DNA from: Squalus acanthias | Taxonomy: Eukaryota | Length of the DNA stretch: 64,000 bases | Reading direction: 5' to 3' | Assembly: GCA_030390025.1 (NCBI GenBank) | Contig: JASTWF010000302.1 | Span: 434,001 to 498,000 of the forward strand | Shown here: piece after piece, positions 1-10,900 of the stretch | How positions within the stretch are numbered: position 1 is the stretch's first letter | Layout: every line of letters starts with the position of its first letter | Notes under the pieces: model-generated | The model's input: the letters and a program-made list of their open reading frames with translations, nothing else | Told to the model about the DNA's origin: nothing | Databases searched by the model: none | Program-made: the position numbers and the translations under genes

Positions 1-17
1 TCGTTTTATATAATTCA

Positions 18-1015
18 TAGTTATAGAAACATAGAAGATAGGAGCAGGAGTAGGCCATTCGGCCCCTCGAGCCTGCTCCGCCATTCGATGAGATCATGGC
101 TGATCATCCAAACTCAGTACCCTGTACCTGCCTTCTCCCCATATACCTTGATACCTTTGGCATTAAAAAATATATCTAACTCATTCTTGAATATATTTAA
201 TGACTTGGCCTCAACTACCTTCTGTGGTAGAGAATTCCACAGGTTCACAACTCTCTGGGTGAAGAAATACTTCCTCATTTCTGTCCTAAATGGCTTACCC
301 CTTACTCTTAGATTATGACCCCTGGTCCTAGATTCTCCGACCATCGGGAACATTCTTCCTGCATCTAGTTTGTCCAGACCTGTCAGAATTTTATATGTTT
401 CGATGAGATCCCCTCTCATTCTTCTATACTTCAGCGAGCATAAGCCCAATCGACTCAATCTCTCCTCATATGTCATTCCTGCCATCCCAGGTATCAGCCT
501 TGTGAATCTTCGCTGAACTCCTTCCATGGCAAGAACATCCTTCCTCAGATAAGGCAAACAAAACTGCACACAGTACTCAAGGTGTGGTCTCACCAAGCTC
601 AACTGCAGCAGGACATCCCTGTTCCTATACTCAAACCCTTTCGCTATGAAGGCCAACATACCATTTGCCTTCTTCACCACCTGCTACACCTGCATGCTTA
701 CCTTCAGCGGCTGGTGCACAAGGACACCCAGGTCTCGTTGCACTTCCCCTTCTCCCAATCTATTGTTATTCAGATAATAGTCTGCCTTTCTGTTTTTGAC
801 ACCAAAGTGGATAACCTCGCATTTATCCACGTTATATTGCATCTGCCACGCTTCTGCCCATTCACCCAACCTGTCCAAATCATCCTGGAGTTTCTCGGTA
901 TCCTCCTCGCAGCACGCACGCCCACCCAGCTTTGTGTCATCTGGAAACTTGGAGATATTACATTTAGTTCCCTTATCTAGATCATTAATGTATATTGTGA
1001 ATAGCTGGGGTCCAA
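18..1015 (-). mobile_element. CR1-type LINE, 3' fragment of ORF2 (RT C-terminus) plus 3' tail
   Basis: Minus ORFs 684-878 (WQMQYNVDKCEVIHFG) and 114-680 (LVRPHLEYCVQF, RRMRGDLIETYKIL, FFTQRVVNLWNSLP) are typical CR1 ORF2 C-terminal motifs; tail ends in ATAGAAACATAGAAGATAGG on the + strand. Confidence 0.92.
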
Positions 1016-1281
1016 GGAAGATTTAGGGTAATTTAGGAATTGGACAACTTGAGATGGTTGGAGCATTGGGTGTTTTCCTAGAATAATTCAATCCCCATTT
1101 GAAAGTCACTACATTCGGTCCTTATTTTTACTCAGTACTTTGACTTTATATTTTACAGTTTACAGTTTGGCTTTACATCGAGGAAGCACAAAATAAAGTC
1201 AGTTCACGTGTAAAGTATGCTTGAATTTTTTAAAATAAAACATTAGCCCACTCGCCGCTGCTGTAACGACAGCCGCAGTTT

Positions 1282-1467
1282 GGGGCAATTTTATCCTAAG
1301 TGGCTGGGCGGGATCCCACGCGGCGGGTGGAACATTCCATTCCCGCTCCCGCGCAATATTACTCTCCACTGACTTCAATGGAGAGTAAAATTGGGCGCGG
1401 TGTAAAACCAGCGTTGCCCCCGATCCCGTTAGTTGTTCGGCCGGGCGGGTTAGGTTAAAAGTGCCCC
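1282..1467. mobile_element. Palindromic MITE (~186 bp), short family
   Basis: Terminal inverted repeats GGGGCAATTTTATCCTAA / TTAGGTTAAAAGTGCCCC; central hairpin TTACTCTCCACTGACTTCAATGGAGAGTAA. Confidence 0.8.
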
Positions 1468-1699
1468 ACGGGGTCAGGAAGGGTTTAATTGCCGTGATAT
1501 GAACTTCGGTGGTTCACTATATTGAGGTTCAAGAGGCTGAATAGTTTATGACTCGAATCTCTGCGGCAACGAAGGCGTGTCCCGCTAGATTCAGGCAATA
1601 TCTTCATTGTTATCAACATAACCCCCGGAGCGCTGTTTTAAACATATTTCTAGCCGCCCGCCGTGTGTTGTCCATGGCCACATGGCGCAGGCCTTGGAC

Positions 1700-1832
1700 T
1701 GTGAGTCAGTTTCGGTGCTGCTCACGGTTCAGGGACAGCCCTGAACAATCAGTGACGTATCTTTACTGCGATTGGATGGTGAGCTCCCGGACTGCCCACT
1801 TGTGAGTGAAGCTGGGGCTCGGTTTCATTCAA
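1700..1832 (+). promoter_or_regulatory. Putative MHC class I proximal promoter (AP-1, ISRE-like, X2/CRE-like, Y box)
   Basis: TGAGTCA 1702-1708, AGTTTCGGT 1708-1716, TGACGTA 1753-1759, ATTGG 1771-1775, GGTTTCATT 1821-1829, all 60-190 bp upstream of the ATG at 1893 in a CpG-rich stretch. Order matches the class I promoter layout, but X2-Y spacing is shorter than in mammalian SXY modules. Confidence 0.5.
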
Positions 1833-1892
1833 GGCGCTCAGTCTTGTTCTGTCACTGGGAGAGACGGCGGGCGGACGGACGGACGGGTCGGC

Positions 1893-1944
1893 ATGTTTCT
1901 GTCACTTGTACTGAGTTTCTCCCGCCTACAAGCGGCCCTGTCTG
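1893..1944 (+). CDS. MHC class I exon 1 (signal peptide MFLSLVLSFSRLQAALS)
   Basis: ATG in GGCATG context, hydrophobic 17-aa leader, phase-1 donor G|GTGAGT that joins exon 2 in frame to give E-S-H-S-L. Confidence 0.85.
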
Positions 1945-4900
1945 GTGAGTAGCCGGTTCCCGCTGCATCATTGAATGTCTCCAGGCTCACCCTCTGAACT
2001 TAGACTGTAACCGGCAGGCCTGTCGCTCACATCAGCTGTATCACACAGTGAAACTAGACAGTGTGTGCGGAAGTGAAGCGATGAAGCGGGATTGGAATCC
2101 CCATCCTGCTTCTCAGGCTCGCTTCTCCCTTTGCTTGGATTTGATGATGTCCATTACTGTCCGGACAGCCTGACATTACAGCTCAGTTACTGTGACAGCT
2201 TGTATGTTCTCTCTGATAAGCAGGAGGGAGACGGACAGTGTGTTCCCGCTAAGCGGCTTGCGGGTACGGAAGTGTCAGTATAACTGCGAGCCCAATCCCG
2301 ACCTGACCCCTGAGTGACCCAGAGCCCAGCGGCGAGACTCCTGCAGGAAAGCGGCTCAGTCGGTTCGGGTTCACACCTGTTTCAGTGTAACTCCAGCCGG
2401 CGGGAAGCTGCATTTTAAAAGCTTCATTCTACCTCCTGGGAACTTGGAAAACCTTTTAAAACTCCCAATAAATCGGAAAAATCATTTAAAATACAGAGGG
2501 AGGGGTTCACTTTCATCACAGGGGGAAACGGGTTCCAGCGACCCGGGAACCTCTTTTACACTTTCCGACTCGCTTTAGAATGAAGCTTTGAGGCGATCCG
2601 TGCAGGTTCGGGTGAAGATTGAGCTCCCAGAGTTAACCTCTCTGTCTCTTTCACACTGACCTGTTGCATGTTTGCAACATTAGCTGTTTGTAGCGGATTC
2701 CCACCATGTGCGGTTCCATTCGGGCTCATGTTGACTCTGTGAGATGTTGTAAAGAGGGCGAGAGCGGTTCGGCCGCCCGTTTTCCATCGTTCTCCCCGTT
2801 TCCCCCTTCTATTGAGTTCAATGGCAGTAAAAATCTGGAGAGCTGTAAAAGGAGCTGCCGACTGGCTATCGCCCGTTTTACTATCGCACAAAGTCAAGAT
2901 CGAGCCCACTGACTGTTGGAATTGATCGGCGCCTGCTGCTCACAGCCTGGAGCTGTTCGGGGTAAACACCAGAGGCAGCTTTCGGCACCTGTTACAGCTG
3001 CTGCGGAAGAAAGAGAGAAAGAAAGACTAGCATTTCTACAGCGCCTTTCACCACCTCAGGACATCGGGTGGAAGCCGGTTTAACAGTAACTTTGAAGAAG
3101 GAATCGGACAAATACTTAAAGGGAAAACAAAAATACAGGGCTATGGAGAAAAAAGAGGTAGTGGGAATCATTGGCTTGTTCTACCAAAGAGCCGACACAG
3201 GCACAATGGGCCGAATGGGCTCCTTCTGTGCTGTCTCATTCCATGATTGGATGGAGTTAAAATACAGATCAGCCATGACTTAATTGAATGGCAGTAAAAG
3301 GCTCGAGGGGCTGAATGGCCTCCTCCTGTTCCTAAATTAATGTTGGTGATATTGGAGGTGAAATGCTTACCATATTGGTGTAACATTGCTTTGCCTGTTA
3401 ACTTAATGGTGCAGCCTGTTTAAAACAAGTGGGATATTCGCTGTGTTACAACAGTGGACAATAACATGTCTTACTAATATTGCCAACAGTAATTTTAGGC
3501 AGAACATGTACAGCGGTACAGCGAGCAATAAGAGTCAATGAACAAGTGTATTTGTTGCTTGGTATGAAATTCCTCTTTTCACTATTTTAGCAGAGCCTCA
3601 ATCTGTTCACAGCAGATAGATTTACACCACCTCTGAAATGGAGGAGGGTTGAATTTTCAGATTGTATAGCTTGTAAACTTTCTATCACCCAGCAGAAACA
3701 TTGAAAGTGACCAGCCTGTGATTGGCCTTTCCTTGACCTTAACAAGGCGAGGCTGTATTTGTCAGTGAGGTTTGCACCTCTTCTGAGAAGGTGCAAACAC
3801 AGGATTGGAGATTGCTACTGCTTTTAACAGCCAGCTCTATAATCGCTACCGATCAGGTTCAGTGGGAAATATTCTCGCCGGTGCTTTCAATTTGTGTCCC
3901 AGTCTTCCTCCAGTTTCAAGTCTTTGTCATTCACCAGTGTGGTCTTTTCTAATCCAATTCCGCCCGCAGTTCCTAATGCTGGGAGTAGAGCCAGAGATTC
4001 CCTCCCCAGTGACGGGAGGTGATTTATTTCCCATTGGATAGAATGAGTTTCACTGAACGAGATAAGCAGAATAATGTGGGAGGGGTTCGGACAACGACAA
4101 AACCTTCCCGTTTCGCTGTGCAGGATTTTAACTGAGCGACTCCCTGAAACATGTTCCTGTTTGCTTTACTGAGACTTTACTTTTCTCAAAGGGTGGTTCC
4201 TGGTAAGTCAAATGACAGGAATTGTGCGGCTATATTCTTTATTGCACGACATGACCGCCATCGAGAACAAAGTATTTGACCCCGGTTTAGTCCGGGTTAC
4301 ACTGACTGCCCCGTGTTTCGTCTGGGATACAATGACTGCCCCGGTGTTTAGTCCGGGATACACCGACTGTCTCGGACATTGCGGATGCCCTGGGGGAGCT
4401 CCTGTGTTAGTTGAAACGGTGAGGTGACGATAGGGCCTCGTGTGGCGTTGGACGCTTAAGAAAGGTGCTGGAGAGTTACTGCAGGACTGAAGTAATGTCC
4501 CCCAATCATAGATGGGGATTTGTGCGGTGATTCAGACCGACGTGTTGGCAACGTTGGTTGGACTCATTCCAGGAGCTTTCATCACATGACCTCCAGCCCA
4601 GTCAACCCGTATTTTGTCCCCAGCTCCAATAATATTATAATTGTGATTGTTGTGTTATTGTTGTTATCTTTCTCTCTAGTTTCTTGCAGCGGTGTCCAGG
4701 AGATTAATATTTAATTCCTGGAGACTGCGGGATAGTTCTGGAGGGTTGGTAAATATATGCTCCGCCCGTCAGATAGATTAAGTTGGTGGAGACAGTATAA
4801 TTTTCGTGATTAGGCTTAATTTACATGAAATGAGCGCCAAGACCTTTTGATTTAAAGGCAGCCTGCAGTCCCTTAAATGGCCGCTGCACTTTTCAAGGGT

Positions 4901-7900
4901 GGTTAATGGAGAGCGACTTACTGGAGCAGCAGGTTTCGTGACATGATCAGGTGTCCTCCGATTCTCTGGGCAACGGTGGAAGCGCTTGTAGGGCAAGTTA
5001 GCACGGGTATTGAGGATCTCGTCTCCTCTAATAGGTAACGATAGGCCCGGCAAAATAGTCAGCTGTAATGGCGAGAGGTGGATGAGCAAGCCAATGGCAG
5101 CAACATTGGGTATAAAGTGCATGGTACCCGAAAGCGGCTGATGGAGATCGACAGCCTGTTTTGGTCTATCGCCCAATTTTATTTTCCAATGACTTCAATC
5201 GAATAGAAATTCAGGCGGCGGGCAAAGCTGCCTGCTGATTCGCTATCGCCAATTCCGCGCTGCCGCCCAAGACAAATTTATATTCCATTTTCCCAAGGAT
5301 CTGTCTGCATTGCAGGAAGAAACGTAATGACCTCACCAGGACTGACAAGGTCAGACTCGGCTTCACATCTCTCTTACTGTCTGCACAGCCTCGCACCGCC
5401 TGAAGTTTGCCGCTGCACTTCTAATCCTTTCCTCCCCATTCCCATGGCTCTCCTCCAATCACAACTGACCCTTCACTACATTCCAGAGTGAAATTACCAG
5501 AAGCCCATTAACAGTTCAAAATGTTCAGCAGCCAGTACAAGCATTTTAAATGGATTAAGTAGTGAAATTCCACAAAATAATAGAAGAAAAATATCTCCCA
5601 AATATGACAAAATTTTATTTGAGACCAACTGAGGATTCCTTTAATATCTGCCTCCCGATTGGTTCCACATTGTGGGCAGGATCAGGAACTAGTGGGAACA
5701 ATGTGGGCAGAGAGGGAAATATTACTGAGGGCCCTGAAAACGTCCTTTAACCCCAATTTGCATATATTCAAGCTGCTTTTTCCCCTCTTTTGCTCAGTAA
5801 ATCTAAGGCCAATTTTAATGTCGCTACAAGCAGCGGGCTGGGAGCAGATCACTGCGCACACACCAGGGATGGATTCTGCACGGCTTAGTACCATAATTCT
5901 GGGTGCACTTCCTCACTAATTCACCAAAGAATCCCCAGGTCAGACGTGGGACTAAAATCTTAAAGTTACGATTTACAAATGAGCTGAGCTGATGTAAATT
6001 ATTTCAACCATCACATTTTTCATTTATTTCGAAAATGGGAATATTCTTGTAATTGGATAAGATTTAATATTAAGGTTCATTTTGCCTTCTCTGCAATGGT
6101 TTAACACGGGAGCGATGGCAAAATATCCAGTGTTCTCGCATTTTTCTGAATAAATTATTTTGTCCCTATTTGTTTAGCAAACTGACATTTCTGATATTTG
6201 TAGGGAAATGATTTTTTAAAATTATGTCCTAGAGTCTCACTCTCTGTTATATTACTACACCCTGAACCATGGGAGTGCTGATCTGCCGGAGTACAGTTTT
6301 ATGGGGCTTTTGGATGGCTGTGAGATAGACTATTACGACAAAAATATGAAAATAACTGTTCCAAGACAGCAATGGATGGCAGAAGCATTTGAGAAGAGTT
6401 ACTGGGACGAATACACAATAACTCAAGCTGGATTCCACGGAATCATCAAGGGACAGGTTGATAGATGGTTGCAGCAGAACAACCAAACATCAAGTGAGTG
6501 TATTCGTTTGAATGAATGCAGCGAACGACAGGGGTCATTTAAACTTGGGGGATAGTGTAACATGAGTGATATCAAACCGCCTGATATACACCCGCCTGAT
6601 TTTCCCTTCCATTGACTTCAACAGAAAGGAACATTAGGCGAGGTGTATAATGGGCAACTAATTGAATATCACCCATTTTACACCCTCTCTGGAATGTAAC
6701 ATTAACCCCAATGAATGATGTTGGTGATACTGGGGGTGAAATTCAGTGTTGGTGGGTGTACAATGGGCAGTAGCAGCGAGGCCGCCCTTTATAAATGCTG
6801 CCTGATTTTCCTTTACATTCACTTCACAGTAAAATGGGCCTTGGTCTATAACAGGCGGCTTTTCCGCTGCCACCCGTTCAGCAACCCTGCTGAAGTTGAA
6901 TTTCACTTTCAGCCAGATAAAATCCGGGCGCCTGTGATTCAGCTTTTGTTTTACACCTCGATCGCAAAAGAAAATGAGATGTGGTGGAAAACGGGCGAAA
7001 TATGGGCGCCTGTGAATCAGCTGTCGTTTTACACCTTAATCGATTTTCTGAAAATCGGACATGATGTACTCTTTTGGTGCACACTATGAACAAATAAAGT
7101 GTAACTTAAAAAAACCATTAAAGGAAACCAAACAACTTAAATTAAAATGTTGTTACTGGTGGTGAAGATGCACTCCAGTCCCTGTGGTGCCCACCGGTCG
7201 TGGAAGATCACGAATGTGCTGGCGGACACCGTGGGCTCCATCTCCAGGGCCACCCGGGCGCGAACGTGGCCGCGGAAGAAAGGCAGGAAGTCGGGCCGAA
7301 CGACCCCTTCGACCGCCCGCCGCCTTGACCAGTTGATGGCCACTTTGGCCAGGTCCAGGAGCAGTCCTACGAGGAGGTCCCCAGATCTGCCCGCTCCCCT
7401 CCGCACCGGGTGACCAAAGATCAGGAGCGTGGGACTGAAGTGCAGCCTAAAATCGAGGAGCAGCTTCTTCAGATAATGGAAGAGGGACCGCAACCTCTCA
7501 CATTCGATATATACCTGGAACACGGACTCCTCCAGGCTCGGAGATGGTGTAAAGTGGGCGGCCGATTCAGCATTGGTCATATTTCACCTGGTGATAACAG
7601 TTAAAAATCCGCCCCTCTCCACCACCACTAGTTTTTATTGAATGACATTTGTATTATTACATTTAAGTTATGATATTTGTAATATTATATTTATTTAATT
7701 ATTTTGCTGGTATTTTACATGTAACTAATCATATTATGTTTATTGGGGTAATTTTTTACTCTTCAGCCAAAAAGAAAAATGGCCAATATTGGACCGACCG
7801 CCCGTTCTAAACCTCGCTCAGATTCCCTTTCAATTGGGCGAGGTTTATAATAGGCCACTGACCCGATATTTTTCGCTTTACACTATGACCACAATTTAAA

Positions 7901-10900
7901 ATTAACCTCCCATTCATGGTAATATTACTTTTAATGAATGATATTAGTAACACATTTATTGAATGACATTGGAAATAACACATTTATAGAATCACCTTGG
8001 CAATATTGTGTTTATTGAATTATACTGGCAATATTGAATTGAAGGATTATTATTCATATCATTGCATTTGCTCAGTGATATTGGTAAGCACATATTTGAT
8101 ATTTAATGTAGATGTGTAAGTTTGAGGTTCCAATGCCGTCTTATATCCCGCAGGTGGCTTATCAGAAAAGCATAATGCACTGGCCGCAGTTTTCTATTCA
8201 TTAGGAGTAAATTTTATAGTTGGGCAATAGTGTAAAATGAGCGATATCGAAATGACTAGCCAATATACTCCCTGTCTGATTTTCCCTTCTGTTGACCTCT
8301 ATGGATATGAAAATCAGGCGGGGTGCAAAATGGGCGGACGATCAAATATCGCCCATTTTACACTCTCAGCCAAAGTCAAAATTACCCCCATAGAGTCAAG
8401 TCCATTGGAACAAGGTTGGAGGACAGGGAATGTTAGCCTATGCTGTGCAAACATAACTCAGTCCCCAATTTAAAGTCATACATTCTGACATGTATTGTGA
8501 CAGCATTGGCAAATATTCTGGTATGTTATTTATAGTTAAGTAACAACATTGCTGGAAAATTGTGAAGGTGAGAAGTAGAGTTGGTTTATACACGGGAGTT
8601 TTCCAGAAGTATAGGCTGAAGAGTTGGGCAACAAAAAACTGAGGCATTACAGCGCCACCACTGGAGCGAGGGTGCAATTGCAACATGCTGACTTTACATC
8701 GGCAACTCCCATTTCAAATGTTGACATATAGAATCATAAAATAATACAGCACAGAAAGAGGCCATTCAGCCCATCGTGCCTGTGCCGGGTCTTTGAAAGC
8801 TATACAATTAGATCCACTCCCCTGCCCTTTCCCCAAAGCCCTGCAACGTTTCCCCTTCAAGTATTTATATCCAATTCCCTTTTGAAAGTCACTATTGAAT
8901 CTGCTTCCAACACGCTCTCAGGTAATGCATTCCAGATCACAACAACTCACGCATACAAGAAATCCTCATATCACCTCTGGTACTTTTTCCAATTACCTTA
9001 AAGCTGTGTCCTCTGGTTACCGACCTCTCCCCATATTCACTCTATCCAACTCCTTCATGATTTTGAACATGAATTCAGAGGAATTGATAATGGGATTAAA
9101 ATGTGACAAAAGGAAGTAAGAACATAAGAACTTAAGAACATCAGAAATAGGAGCAGGAACAGTCCATTCGGCCCCTCGAGCCTGCTCTGCCATTTAATGA
9201 GATCATGGCTGATCCGATTTTGGCCTCAACTCCACTTTCCTACCCGCTCCCTATAACCCTTGACAGTTGCTCAAAAATTTGTCTATCTCAGCCTTGAATA
9301 TATTCAATGACTCAGCTTCCACAGCTCTCTGAGGTAAAGAATTTCAAAGATTCACGACCCTATGAGAGAAGAAATTCCTCCTCATCTCCGTCTTAAATCG
9401 GCGACCCCTTATTCTGACACTGTGCCCCCTCCTTCTAGACTCCCCCACGAGGGGAAACATCCTCTCAGCATCAACCCTGTCCAACCCCCTGAAAATCTTT
9501 TATGTTAAAATAAGATCACCTGATATTCTTTTAAACTCCAATGAATACAGGCCGAACTAGCTCAACCTTTCCTCATAAGACAACCCTTCCATCCCAGGAA
9601 TCAACCTAGCGAACCTTCTCTGAACTGCCTCCAATGGAAGTATATCCCTCCTTAAATAAGGGGACCAAAACAATATGCAGTAGGTTGTGTGGTCAGGTAG
9701 TACATACCATTTCTAATATAATATAGCTAGATTTATAGTTAAATACCAACATTTATTCAATTTGGGAAGCAGAGAAGTAGAATTGGTTGGAGCATCGCAG
9801 TTTCTCTGGGAAATGCAAAGCTAAATCCGACAGTGCCACCACCGGTGGGAGGGTGTAATTACATGATGACCAGCCGACGGTGGCAGCTTCCTTATAAAGG
9901 TGGACATAGGAATTTATAAAGGGAATTCTTAACACAAATGTAATTGAAATATGACAACAGGAAGTATGCTTTTGTGGACAGGAATTACACACAGATGTAA
10001 GAGTTTTAAATTTTCTACTCAATTTCCTGTTGTGTTGCATATGTGAGGTGTAATTCTAACTTTTGGTGACAGTGTAAAATGAGTGATATTGGATCGGCCA
10101 CCCATTACACACTCCACCCAATCTTCCCTTCCATTGCGGCCATGGTGAATTGACAGCCCATTTTACATCTTTGAAAGTTAATAGAAGAACAATGGGTGGA
10201 GTGTAAAACAGATGCTGATTCGCTATGAGTCCATTTCGCACTACTGGCAAAGACCAATTTCACCTCGTCTGTATTTTGCTCAATGGGTCATTGAGTATAA
10301 CATCAGGGAATTGATGTTGACTTACAGAAGACATTGGTTAGGACACTGTTGGGGGTTTTCATGCAGTTCTAAGCACCTAATATAGCAGGAATATTACAGC
10401 AGACAGCTGCCGTTTAACTTTGGTGTCAATTGTTCTCTTTCTGTGCTGTAAATTCTATGTCCCTGTGTGATGAACCTTGTTTTAGATACTAAACGCCATT
10501 TCTATCTGGAAAGAGTGACTAAAATATAACTGAAATTCTCAGATTTGGTGTGAATAGATGAGATAATTATGTAGCTATTGATCGATTCAATTTCTGTTCT
10601 AGGTACTCACTACCTTCAAGGACTGTTTGGCTGTGAGCTGAATGATGCCAATCCTAGTGTAGGGATTTTGAAGTTTGCTTATGATGGAAGATACGCATTT
10701 AGTTTTGATAAAGACAAATTGGTTTGGACTGTACATGATCCAGTAGCTCAGACCTTCAAAGTGAAATGGGATAAGGAAACAAAGATGAACCTTTATTTCA
10801 AGAGCTTGTTAGAAAAGGACTGTGTGGATTTATGGAGGACATACTATTCACTTGGAAACGCATCACTAACCAGAAAAGGTAAGTTCAGAACAACTTGGGG

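Noticed and set aside
4277-4369. CRISPR-like direct repeats (also 16662-16787)
   Set aside because: No unique spacers, eukaryotic context, no cas genes; these are ordinary minisatellites.
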